Shown: piece by piece, positions 51,546 through 63,705 of the stretch
Layout of the letters: the number at the start of each line of letters is the position of its first letter
How positions within the stretch are numbered: the first letter of the stretch is position 1
Origin: Octopus bimaculoides
Taxonomy: Eukaryota
Assembly (NCBI RefSeq): GCF_001194135.2
Contig: NC_069000.1
Coordinates: 24,185,856 to 24,249,855, forward strand
Length of the DNA stretch: 64,000 bases
Direction of reading: 5' to 3'
The notes under the pieces: generated by a model
Seen by the model: the letters and a program-made list of their open reading frames with translations, nothing else
Told to the model about the DNA's origin: nothing
Database searches by the model: none
Position numbers and translations under genes: made by a program

Positions 51546-53199
51546 GCTTATTATAATAAAAATATGGATAAATAAAAAATAATAAAAATGGAAAATGTTT
51601 CTTTCTCTGCTACTTTATCTTTCAGGATCTCGTCATAATCCGTCATGTATACTCAGACAAGATATATCTGCATAGAGAATAACTACACTGAATTAACCAT
51701 AAACAATGGCATTAGCATTTGGCCCCACTCAAAAAATTAAACCTACGGCTTGTTCAGTTTATTGATGCGAAGGAAATGCGGCAACAGAGACTGTACAGCA
51801 GTAAACGAAATAGTCTCAATGTATTTTGGTTTGGCTGACTACATTCTGAGTTGATTTCTGAAATTCACTTAGTGAATAAATATCAGTTATGAACAGTGAT
51901 CGCTTTGTTCGAACATAGTCCTTGCCTGCGAATATTATGATATATCCTTGTACTAATATTTCAAGAATCAGTCATCAGAATCTATTTCTTTCAACACCGG
52001 CTGGTGAAGTGAGCAGTCGCAGAAACATCTAGTTGTCCTGGAAAGCTAACCATAAGCTTAATATACATATATTTTCCTGATACGAGTATATTCAAGATTC
52101 ATTTTTTTTTGTTTATTTATTTCACTTATATATTTTCCATAGTTCCAATTAAGTTCATATTGGTTGTAGAGCATTCTCAGTAAAGAAATGTCTTGCTTCC
52201 CAAATGATTTAAGATGTGTTTTGTGAGAAAGCTTATCTCTCGCTTTCTCTCCCTCTTCGTTTCCCCCTCCCCTTCTCCCTCTCTCTGTATGTATGTGTAT
52301 AATACAATATCCATATCATATGTGTGTGTATATGAGTGTGCTATATTTAGTCAAACAATTCGAGCCCAAATGAAAGAGAAGGATGCAATGGAGGGAAGAA
52401 TGAAATCGTATTGTGTTGGGATATCTGACTGTCAAGTCGATAATGAGATGTTATATCAAAGTTGTGAGTCCAACAAAATGCATTTTGTTTCGTTCGAAGA
52501 ATATGACGAGGACCACAGATACAACGCAAGAACTATATAATCCGTATTTATCAGACATAAATGAACAAACATATACTTAATTTGGTTTGATCAGCCGTAC
52601 GGTCGGCAGTACAAGTCAGTGGAACGTATACGGTTGATCGAGTGAACGAAACTACGTCTCTGTTAATAGGATTGTCTTTTTCTCACTGCATAAAGTACAT
52701 ATTTTCAATGCTCACTATATTTGATATTAACTTAACTATTGTTCTTTGATGTTGTGGCGTCTCTAATTAATGATCTTTTAATTAGGTCATTGTTAATATA
52801 CCTAATGCATAGAGCAAACTAAGAATAGATATGTAGCGAGAAATAAAAAATAAGAACGATATTAGTCATTGAATAATATTATTTTTTAATTTTCTGATCA
52901 ACTACAAAAACCAACTCTGGATATGTTTGATATTATTCTGATCTCATCAGCGAACCATAGCCCCTCCGAAACAAGTCTAGATTTGTCTCCCGTACTTTCG
53001 GAAGATTAAAAAGAAACCAACATTTAATCATCGACTAATGTCGTATTTTATTCTCGCCGCATATTTATTTTAATTAGCTTTTGAAACACTTTTTGTATTA
53101 AATATATTATATTACGTTCATCAAGCGAATGATGTCATTGAATTGTGTAATATCTAAAACGAGGATCTAGTAACTGTGAAAACAACATTTTGGACTTAC

Positions 53200-53401
53200 T
53201 GACTCTCTGTTCGAGCATACATTTTTCAGATCCGTTGCCTTTGTAGTTCTTCAAACATTGGCACAAAGGCTGTCCGTCGACTACGACGCACTCGGCATGT
53301 TCTGCACACTTCATTTTGGAGACTTCAATTTCCGGATGACCGTTTTTCTTCTTGCAGAGAAGGATCGAACTACAATCTTTAGTCGTAAGGCTTTCACCTA
53401 G
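53200..53401 (-). CDS. gene 1 exon: TILa-like + EGF-like segment (absent from the ORF track); alternative acceptor at 53397
   Basis: LGESLTTKDCSSILLCKKKNGHPEIEVSKMKCAEHAECVVVDGQPLCQCLKNYKGNGSEKCMLEQRV; acceptor ctgccatttcatag|, donor GTCA|gtaagt, ends in phase 1. Confidence 0.88.
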
Positions 53402-53679
53402 CTATGAAATGGCAGATAAGAAATAAGAGAAAAAAAGAAAAACACTAGATTAAACAGTGAAATAATTGGTTTTGTAAGAAGACAAAGGTTAGCATCTATG
53501 GCTTTTTTGTAGGACCTCAGAGACTGGTGGGAGGAAGTGGGGCAAAAGACCAGCTTCCTCAGACTGGATATCTAGTACAAATGCTTGCAAATACAACACA
53601 GATTCTGCCAAAGGCACCCATTGAGGCACAAAGTGAAAGTGTTTCAAGCAGGTAGCAGATTAGGTCTACCTCCCTCAAC

Positions 53680-53800
53680 AAGGCTTCCATATAGTTTCCA
53701 GTTGCCAAATTTCACAAACAAGGCATTGATTTTGGTCGGCCTGAGGCTTTGATAAAATGCACTTGCTCAAAGTGCCGCATGCAGGCATTGAAATCCAGTT
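53680..53800 (-). mobile_element. degenerate SINE family A fragment
   Basis: tagtttccagttgccaaatt...ttggtcggcctgaggct...cacttgctcaaagtgcc. Confidence 0.6.
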
Positions 53801-53877
53801 CTAGTCTCTGAGGTTCTATAAAATGTCAGCATAAACAGATTTATAGGCGTAAATTCTGTATAAATATAAATTTATAG

Positions 53878-54027
53878 GCACAGGCGTGGCTGTGTGGCAA
53901 AAAACTTGCTTCCCAACCACATGGTTCCTACTGCGTGGCACATTGGGCAAGTGTCTTTTACTATAGCCTCGGGCCGACCAAAGCCTTGTGAGCTGATTTG
54001 GCAGACGGAAAACTGAAAGAAGCCCGT

Positions 54028-54096
<69 letters not shown>

Positions 54097-54302
54097 CTGT
54101 GTCCCCCGCCACTGCTTGACAACCGGTGTTGGCGTGTTTATGTCCGCAATTTAGCGGTTCGGAAAAAAGGCCGATAGAATAAGTACCAGAATTAACAAAA
54201 TTAAGTACTGGGGTCGATTCATTCGACTAAAAATTGTCCAAGGCAGTGCCCTAGCATGGCTGCAGTCGAATGACTGAAACCATAAAAAGATAAAAGATAA
54301 AA
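53878..54302 (+). mobile_element. full-length SINE family A with internal (GT)n
   Basis: ggcacaggcgtggctgtgtgg...ttgggcaagtgtc...cttgacaaccggtgttgg...taaaaagataaaagataa. Confidence 0.92.
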
Positions 54303-54479
54303 ATATAAGCTAGCTGCTATAAAAGGGGCAGCATAGAAGCCAAAACCACTTCACACCTTAGTGATGGGGCTGCGAAAGCTTAGAAATGTTGATAAAAATG
54401 AATTTGGTAACGATAAAAAAAGGTAGTTAGAAATAATTATGTAGTTAAGAAAAGACTATGTACACACACACACACACGT

Positions 54480-55245
54480 ATGCATTATCCGTTCGTCCGT
54501 CGTTATCGACGATAACCAAGGACATCACATAGGAGAAGAAGACGAGACACAGTGTGTCCGGCTGTGACCGAAGATCAGTTCGATGCATGCAGGTCGGGCA
54601 CTGGTGGTCTGCTAGGACTGCAGGCGAGAGGTTGGCTCTGGACTTGCTCAGTTTACGTTTTCTTTGTGTCTCTGGAATCTTGTTTTGTTCGTTGGAGGTG
54701 GCATCTCTGTTGGTGCAGCTTCACCAGGCGGGGTGGTCTTGTGCTTGCGTTTCTCAGGTGTCGGAATTAATCTTAACGTTGTCCAGTGAGGCTTTGAGTG
54801 TATCCTTGAAGCGCTGTTTCTGTCCACATTGTGTGCACTTGCTCTCGCCATTCCCTGTAAAGCAGTCTTTTGAAGGGTCATGTGTTAGGCATTCAAACTA
54901 AGTGGCCTATTCACCCGACTTGCTCCCTCCTCAACAGTGTGCAGATGCTTGGCAGATCAGCTCCAGAGAAATCCTTCGTGTCTGGGATCTTGTCTTGCAA
55001 GGTGATTTTCAACGGCTTTATCGGTCAGTTCGTAAACCGTCCAAATCTCGCAAGCGTATAGTAGCGTAGGTATTAGAACTGCTTGGTACACTTTCAACTT
55101 GTGGTCAGTCATATGCCTCTCCTCTCCCACACTGATTCACGTAGCCACCCGAATGCTGAGCTCCACTTGGTGATGCGTGTGTCGACTTCATCGTCAATGT
55201 TCACAGATCTGGAGAGTGTGTTGCTGAGATACATGAACTTATCGT
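54480..55245 (-). mobile_element. RTE-BovB-like LINE 3' fragment
   Basis: YLSNTLSRSVNIDDEVDTRITK.SSAFG.LRESVWERRGI, TKLKVY, TLLYACETWTVY; terminal C2H2-like segment and short 3' UTR. Confidence 0.85.
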
Positions 55246-55280
55246 ATACATACATACATACATACATACATACATACATA

Positions 55281-55336
<56 letters not shown>

Positions 55337-55543
55337 CNNNNNNNNNNNNNNNNNNNNNNNNNNNNNNNNNNNNNNNNNNNNNNNNNNNNNNNNNNNNNNN
55401 NNNNNNNNNNNNNNNNNNNNNNNNNNNNNNNNNNNNNNNNNNNNNNNNNNNNNNNNNNNNNNNNNNNNNNNNNNNNNNNNNNNNNNNNNNNNNNNNNNNN
55501 NNNNNNNNNNNNNNNNNNNNNNNNNNNNNNNNNNNNNNNNNNN

Positions 55544-55606
<63 letters not shown>

Positions 55607-56959
55607 GGTGTACACACATTTGTTGGGTCTAGCACAATTTCCATCTACTAAATTCCACACACAAAATATTGGTCAACTTGAATCATTGGTTAAAAAGCCG
55701 TGGATTCTAAACCTCAGGACTACATGGTGGTGAAGCGAACTTGTTAACCATATAATCATGCCTGTGCTTCGTGCAATAAACCACACATATGGAATTGTGC
55801 CTGTCATCTCTTTGTTATAGACGTCAAATACCTACAATTTAGAGTGGTAGTAAACTCCGAGAAAGCCATGTATACGATGCCATTTCTATTCCTTGTTGAG
55901 TTACTGAACTCAGTTAGATGTTCATAATTTTCTCTTACTTAAAATGAGATGTGACCTTAGGGAGCCTGGAGTCCTAGTCTTTGGCAATGACAGAGCATTT
56001 CATGTTTAAAATCCGAAAATCTAAAGGTAGAAAGACCCATGTTTCGCGGAAAGGATTCACACACACACACACNNNNNNNNNNNNNNNNNNNNNNNNNNNN
56101 NNNNNNNNNNNNNNNNNNNNNNNNNNNNNNNNNNNNNNNNNNNNNNNNNNNNNNNNNNNNNNNNNNNNNNNNNNNNNNNNNNNNNNNNNNNNNNNNNNNN
56201 NNNNNNNNNNNNNNNNNNNNNNNNNNNNNNNNNNNNNNNNNNNNNNNNNNNNNNNNNNNNNNNNNNNNNNNNNNNNNNNNNNNNNNNNNNNNNNNNNNNN
56301 NNNNNNNNNNNNNNNNNNNNNNNNNNNNNNNNNNNNNNNNNNNNNNNNNNNNNNNNNNNNNNNNNNNNNNNNNNNNNNNNNNNNNNNNNNNNNNNNNNNN
56401 NNNNNNNNNNNNNNNNNNNNNNNNNNNNNNNNNNNNNNNNNNNNNNNNNNNNNNNNNNNNNNNNNNNNNNNNNNNNNNNNNNNNNNNNNNNNNNNNNNNN
56501 NNNNNNNNNNNNNNNNNNNNNNNNNNNNNNNNNNNNNNNNNNNNNNNNNNNNNNNNNNNNNNNNNNNNNNNNNNNNNNNNNNNNNNNNNNNNNNNNNNNN
56601 NNNNNNNNNNNNNNNNNNNNNNNNNNNNNNNNNNNNNNNNNNNNNNNNNNNNNNNNNNNNNNNNNNNNNNNNNNNNNNNNNNNNNNNNNNNNNNNNNNNN
56701 NNNNNNNNNNNNNNNNNNNNNNNNNNNNNNNNNNNNNNNNNNNNNNNNNNNNNNNNNNNNNNNNNNNNNNNNNNNNNNNNNNNNNNNNNNNNNNNNNNNN
56801 NNNNNNNNNNNNNNNNNNNNNNNNNNNNNNNNNNNNNNNNNNNNNNNNNNNNNNNNNNNNNNNNNNNNNNNNNNNNNNNNNNNNNNNNNNNNNNNNNNNN
56901 NNNNNNNNNNNNNNNNNNNNNNNNNNNNNNNNNNNNNNNNNNTATATATATAAATGTCA

Positions 56960-57075
56960 GCTTCTTTTAGTTTCCGTCTACTAAATCCCCTCACAAGATT
57001 TTGGTCGGCCCGAGGCTATGGTAGAAGACACTTGCCCAAGGTGCCACGCAGTGGGACTGAACCCGGAACTACACA
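56960..57075 (-). mobile_element. SINE family A head
   Basis: gtttccgtctactaaatcc...gacacttgcccaaggtgccacgcagtgggactgaacccgga. Confidence 0.88.
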
Positions 57076-58256
57076 GCCTCGTCTGCGCCTGTATATGTAT
57101 ATGTTTATGTCAGGTCACTGTTAGTGCTATTGGTAACATGTAACTCAGTACAACCTACCTCCTGGTAGGGCTTTCGGCCACTAAACCGGCAACCCTATCA
57201 AGCCTGCTTGGTAGGGAGGGCGGTTTTCGATGGTCACCCTGCAGGACGAAAATCAAAATCTTTCAAAGGAAGGATGGATTTAGTAGAATCAACGGTCATC
57301 CAACACATCGGAATGAGAGACTCGTAGTCTTTGTTTAGACATCTCTTTACGAGAAGGTGATTTTGAAATAACGACTGCCACATTGCGAAACTGGAGATTC
57401 TGCACTCGGTTGTTTCTGGTTTTGTAGGCAAGAGTCTTAATGGGGAAGTACAGAGTGTTATTGACTTGAAATTTCAGCATGGGCATTGCTGACAGCCATT
57501 GTCTTTAACAAATAAGATAATTTGTTAGTGAGTGTCATACTCGTCTCCAAGTTGACAGCCACCATGTGTGTAGGTATGTATATACTTATGTCTGAATATG
57601 TAATATGTACTTATGCACTTATATGTGTATTTGTGAGTGTGTCCGTGTGCTTTTATGTGTTTATGCGTAGAGGGGTGTTAATCTTCCGCTTGTTTTGGTT
57701 CGATGTCACCTTCACACTCAGCTCCTAGAACTGAATGTCATATGCTCTGTCTCCCTGTCTCCCTGTCTCCCTGTCTCCCTCTCACTTTCATTGTTAGAGC
57801 TGTTTTAACTTAGTGAACATGAGTGTATATTAACTTACTCAGGCATAGAACTCATGTCCACTGCCAAAACTAGTAAACTTAACAAGTATTCAATGCTTAT
57901 ATTCACTGTCTCATTCTCCTTAGGGTCACTGCTCGAGTTCAAACAACATATTCAGGTAGGAGTATAAACAATTGGAAAATATCCCTGGTGTGAACTGTGG
58001 GATGAAAACAATAAACCTTTTCCCCCTTAGATTAAATAAAGAGTCTAATTTGAAATTCCTTGAACATTACAGAATACAACAAGTACATGAAAAGGCCGGA
58101 AGGTACAACAGGCGAAACGTTAGAACTATAACATCTAAGAACGGGCTCTAGCCTAAATATGTCGGTGTGTGATTGAGAAAATACTCAGGAATCTATATAA
58201 TTAAACAATCACACAAAAGTGCCAAACAATTTTAATCAACTTTTGCTAATACATAC

Positions 58257-58546
58257 GGCAGAAATCCTTGTCTCTCCAGTCAACCGTATAACCATACTCC
58301 AGGCACAACTGAGCAAATGCTTCGATGTTGCTGCATAAGCTCTTCGTGATTGCATTTTGGTCCGATTCGTAGGCGCACACGTCAAACATGCAGGAATCAA
58401 AGTATTGTCGCGCCTGGTCTGTGTAGGCTGTATTGCACTCGGCGAAAACACTCTGTTTGTCGATGATGAATCCACAGTACATGGCCGATGCGTACAACGC
58501 TTTGGTTGGCGGGGAGCAGTGTGTCACGAAATCGTGGGTTGTACAG
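58257..58546 (-). CDS. gene 1 exon: C8 domain of a VWD/C8/EGF protein (FCGBP/zonadhesin/mucin-like superfamily)
   Basis: CGFIIDKQSVFAEC...YFDSCMFDVC...LCSNIEAFAQLC..YGYTVDWRDKDFC; acceptor ttacacaacag|, donor TGCC|gtatgt; 290 nt, phase 2->1. Confidence 0.92.
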
Positions 58547-59307
58547 CTGTTGTGTAATAATCATAATTATATTATTTTATATATAAACAAACAATAATTA
58601 CAAGTTACAATTAAAATAAACATTTTAAAATTAAATAGCTAACCCACGTCTTCTAGACTGAATCAGAGCGCCCTAGGGCTCTAACATCTCGTTCTCCCCA
58701 GTAAGCATACTTTCTGCGTGGTTTTCATCCAGGTCGTTTAGCAGATCTATCTGGAATAGAGCCGCAACGTTAACATCCGTGTTATTCACTGTTTTGGAGG
58801 TGGCAGAAGGATTCCTCCCCGTATATCTTTGCTACCGCTTTTTCCCCCGTTTTCCCGTTCTTACCCTTTTGGCTGCCAGCCACAGCCTGTTGCCCTTTTC
58901 AGCTTCCATTTACCTTTCATCATTTTTTTCCGCATAATAATTCTATTTATCAATAAAAAGCACGCCTGAAACAGCTGAAGTGAGTGAAACAGTCGAAGTG
59001 AGTGAACTACAGTTCATCTGTTGCTATTTGTTTATAATTCACCCTGTTCGGAACCTGCAATTCGTGCGAGTTATATATATATACTGAGTGCAGTACAATT
59101 GGTGCAGCGTTTGTACCCATGTGCAGCTTTGAGACTCGTGGTGTATTGAGTCGAACGTTTGTGATTGAACATGTAACTGGAATATAAATCCGTATTTACT
59201 TCATTAAGTACGTATTTGTTCGTCAAATATTATATTGAGAGTACGTGACAAGAATTTCACTGATCTGACTATTTACTTTTTAAGGACTTGATTCGCTTGA
59301 ATCCTGA

Positions 59308-59345
<38 letters not shown>

Positions 59346-59844
59346 AAAAGATAATAAGAGTGAAAAGACTACAGAAGGCTTGTGTTACATGGTTAAAGTA
59401 TATATTTTAATTATGTCAGAAAAATGTAAGAAAAATGTTAGAAAAATGTTATAAAATCTTTTTGGTATATAAACATTGTATTTTGAGAAATAACCGGTTT
59501 CGTGTTGTCTTTTCAAATTTCTCTACTTCATTGTGTCGTGTTCCANNNNNNNNNNNNNNNNNNNNNNNNNNNNNNNNNNNNNNNNNNNNNNNNNNNNNNN
59601 NNNNNNNNNNNNNNNNNNNNNNNNNNNNNNNNNNNNNNNNNNNNNNNNNNNNNNNNNNNNNNNNNNNNNNNNNNNNNNNNNNNNNNNNNNNNNNNNNNNN
59701 NNNNNNNNNNNNNNNNNNNNNNNNNNNNNNNNNNNNNNNNNNNNNNNNNNNNNNNNNNNNNNNNTATACATAATCTTTTACCTTTCAGTGTGATTGGGTT
59801 TCTTTTCTGTATTGTTTCTGGCGAAATAACGAGTTAGACGGAGC

Positions 59845-60000
59845 TGCTCGTTTTTATGCCTTCTGTTGTGGGTTCATCTGGTATCTCAGATAAAAAATTT
59901 TCCAGACGTTCTTTGAACATTTCCACATTTACCCTTCCCAAATCTCTGAGGTTGTTTGGCAGGATGGTGAATTGTTGAGGGCCCTTCAAACCCATATATG
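59845..60000 (-). mobile_element. CR1/Jockey-group LINE 3' fragment
   Basis: KGPQQFTILPNNLRDLGRVNVEMFKERLENFLSEIPDEPT. Confidence 0.6.
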
Positions 60001-60422
60001 TATTTATTATTCACACCTTTATAGATATCTATTCTCTACTTGGAACAACTAAATATTTAAAATATTCAACATATTATCTTCTTAGAATAAGAAAATTCTC
60101 ACTACACACCCTACATATGTTAATTCAAAGCAGTAAAGTAATTTATACAATGCATTTTAACAACATACACTTCCTAATGCAAGTAAAAGTCATCACGACA
60201 ATGGCTTTGCACACGTGACTAATATTGATTGTCATACGTCACAACCTCATAGAAGGCACTTTACTTCCCAACTTTTCTTCCCAGAATATCAAAGACTGGA
60301 AATTTACCACGTTTTACAGACAGTTGTTGCCTAATAGATGTTTAAATTGCAACCGTATTAATCTTCCACGTCTGCTGGGACCTGCATCAATGGCCATGAA
60401 CACTATCATCTCTAATAAATAC

Positions 60423-60478
<56 letters not shown>

Positions 60479-61477
60479 CACATAATACGCAGCGCACGCA
60501 CACACACATACACACACAGACATACACGTTCATACATATGTATATATGTACATATACATACATATATACATATCTATCTATCTATCTATCTATCTATCTA
60601 NNNNNNNNNNNNNNNNNNNNNNNNNNNNNNNNNNNNNNNNNNNNNNNNNNNNNNNNNNNNNNNNNNNNNNNNNNNNNNNNNNNNNNNNNNNNNNNNNNNN
60701 CACCACCTATATACTACATACGCGCATTCCTTCCTACCCACTAGACCTTTAAACCTCATCCCCCATCTCCTCCATCCATTTTCACATTCTGTCTTCATGA
60801 CTTGACCTAATTACCGCTCATCCTTCACTTGACTTGGCCATTCTTCAAGTAAACAAGCTAAAATCCATCGCAGTATGGCGTATATTCACCTCTGCTATCT
60901 ATGCTNNNNNNNNNNNNNNNNNNNNNNNNNNNNNNNNNNNNNNNNNNNNNNNNNNNNNNNNNNNNNNNNNNNNNNNNNNNNNNNNNNNNNNNNNNNNNNN
61001 NNNNNNNNNNNNNNNNNNNNNNNNNNNNNNNNNNNNNNNNNNNNNNNNNNNNNNNNNNNNNNNNNNNNNNNNNNNNNNNNNNNNNNNNNNNNNNNNNNNN
61101 NNNNNNNNNNNNNNNNNNNNNNNNNNNNNNNNNNNNNNNNNNNNNNNNNNNNNNNNNNNNNNNNNNNNNNNNNNNNNNNNNNNNNNNNNNNNNNNNNNNN
61201 NNNNNNNNNNNNNNNNNNNNNNNNNNNNNNNNNNNNNNNNNNNNNNNNNNNNNNNNNNNNNNNNNNNNNNNNNNNNNNNNNNNNNNNNNNNNNNNNNNNN
61301 NNNNNNNNNNNNNNNNNNNNNNNNNNNNNNNNNNNNNNNNNNNNNNNNNNNNNNNNNNNNNNNNNNNNNNNNNNNNNNNNNNNNNNNNNNNNNNNNNNNN
61401 NNNNNNNNNNNNNNNNNNNNNNNNNNNNNNNNNNNNNNNNNNNNNNNNNNNNNNNNNNNNNNNNNNNNGCTTGTAAA

Positions 61478-61819
61478 GAATAAAAAGTTTTGAATGGTAC
61501 AACAATGCACTATAATACAAAAAATGGACTATATACTTGTTGTAATTTAGTTATTCATAGTCCGATGATATTTCAGAATACAATTCCTTCTTCAGATATT
61601 CTAAGATAGAGTCGCTGCTATAATTGGTTTTCCAACGGCTTTTTTTTTTCTTAAAAAGTCGTTGGAAAACCGATTATAGCAGCGACTCTATCTAAGAATA
61701 TATGAAGAAAGAATTGTATTCCGAAATATCATCGGACTATGAATAACTAAATTACAACAGGTATATAGTCCATTTTTTGTATTATAGTGCATTGCTGTAC
61801 CATTCAAAACTTTTTATTC
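61478..61819. repeat. near-perfect palindrome (arms about 167 bp, loop about 8 nt)
   Basis: About 8 mismatches between the arms by eye. Confidence 0.92.
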
Positions 61820-62580
61820 TACATATATCTATAAAATAAGAGTATAGATAGGCAACAAACTGGTATCTGGTCAGATTATGACATCTATATATTTATATAT
61901 TGATATATCCTGAAGGTAGAGAAGAATTTTCAGGAGTTTTGATCGCAAGAGATCAATTAAAGACCTGTTGAGGAATGTTCTTAATGGTTGCGATATATGG
62001 TGGTATTCCCCCGGAAATGTTACAATGTAAGTCCGTATTATTGATTTTAGCTAATAGATTAAGGTAGGTCATCATAGGTAAAATCCAAAGCTGGATGAGA
62101 AGAAGGAAGATGTTGTGCATACAGCCCTTACAACTGTTTCAAGAACAGATGCACAGTTAGTTCAATGCCCTGCAAACAGTCTGCAGCCAGCATTTTTCGT
62201 GAGATTGCCGCTAAAATGCTGGCTGATGACTGCTAGCAAGGAATTACAACAATTATGTATCTATTCTTGAAACAGCTGTAAGGGATACATACACACCTCC
62301 TTCCTTTTCATCTAACTTTGGATTTTCATCTATGATGACCGACCTTAATCTGCTAACTAATATCGATAATACGGACTTATAACTATTCCGGGGGAATACT
62401 ACCATATACCACAACCATTAGGAACATTCCTCAACCAGTCTGTTATTGATCTCTTGCGATCAACTCCTGAAACATTCCTCTCTACCCTCAGGATATATCA
62501 GTATAAAAATATATAGATGCCATAATCTGACCAGTTACCAGTTCTTTGTCTATCTATACTGTTATTCTTTTATATATGTA
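61820..62580. repeat. second palindrome directly abutting the first (arms about 370 bp, small loop)
   Basis: Centre cagccagcattttt-cgtgagattgccgc-taaaatgctggctg; arms colinear with moderate divergence. Confidence 0.9.
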
Positions 62581-63303
62581 CCGGCTCGATTGAAACACTG
62601 TCTACAGCCAATCTTCATTTAGGTGGCTATAACCTTCCTGCATTTTTAGCGTTATACCAATGCATCGATAACAATGCATTTACCTTTATTTTTATATTAT
62701 TTTAAATTTCATTTTTATCTTGATCTTAATATTTTTATGCGTGCGCAAAAGTGAGAAAAAGGCACAGCTTTGCCGTGAATATGTGTGAAAACGGATGTGT
62801 CTATGCTTTCTCTTATGTATGTTTGTATGTGAATACTGTTGCTTACAAGCTTTTGGTGAGGTCATTAGCCTAAGCGACATTAACGTCTATATTCCTTTAA
62901 CTTGACATTTCCTTCCTATTATAACCCCACCTCTTTTACTGCTTTTATTCTCTTCCATCTCATCCTCCCCTAAATTCTCTTAACGCTTTTATTCTTTCTC
63001 TACTTCATCGTCTCTCTCTCCCGCTCTCTCTTCTTCTCTCTTCCTCTCTCCCCACTCTCTCGTTCTCTCACCTATTTTTCTTCCTCCGACGACACGTAGC
63101 TACTATGGACACTGACATTTAACTCATGGACTAAAGACAAAGTATTACTGTTCTTTTTTTTCTCAAACAAAAACGTCAGAAGCGTCAGTAACTCTTCGCC
63201 CAACAGAATACAGATACGAAAGCCTCTAAACATGATCTTCCACACACACACACACTTATACATATGAATGCGTGTTTGTGTATGCGTGTACATGTGTGTA
63301 CAT

Positions 63304-63705
63304 GTGCGTGGTGAAATTGTTATGGTTTTTGGATAATAACTGGTGAAGGAAGAGCATGTTCCCGTCTTGCGTGTGACTTTTCCATTTGTTCCTTTGTTGG
63401 CCTTTTGTGCAATTTTTGAATCTCATTGTATATATACATATATAAACAATATATATAACAATATATCGGTGCGAATGGTTTTGCTGCTAGCTTCTTTCCA
63501 CATAGTCACAGTTGCGCCTATATATATATAAAAGTTATATATATATAGTTATTATATATAGTGTTTATATATGTATATATACAATGAGATTCAAAATTGC
63601 ACAAATGGCCAACAAAGGAACAAATGGAAAAGTCACGCGCAAAACGGGAACATGCTCTTCCTTCACTAGTTATTATCCAAAAACCATAACAATTTCACCA
63701 CGCAC
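63304..63705. repeat. third inverted repeat (arms about 144 bp, loop about 114 nt)
   Basis: gtgcgtggtgaaattgttatgg... versus ...ccataacaatttcaccacgcac. Confidence 0.9.

Noticed and set aside
52214-52540. 108-aa plus-strand ORF
   Set aside because: It starts in a low-complexity tract, has no domain and has no partner exons on the plus strand.
52905-52975. CTGATGA on the minus strand as a possible hammerhead
   Set aside because: No properly placed helix II/GAAA or helix I; likely chance.
57908-57994. Candidate TIL exon of gene 1 (good acceptor catcccacag)
   Set aside because: Stops in all three frames and no Cys pattern.
58712-58752. 40-nt candidate exon upstream of the C8 exon
   Set aside because: It ends in phase 1 where phase 2 is required, and has no VWD similarity.
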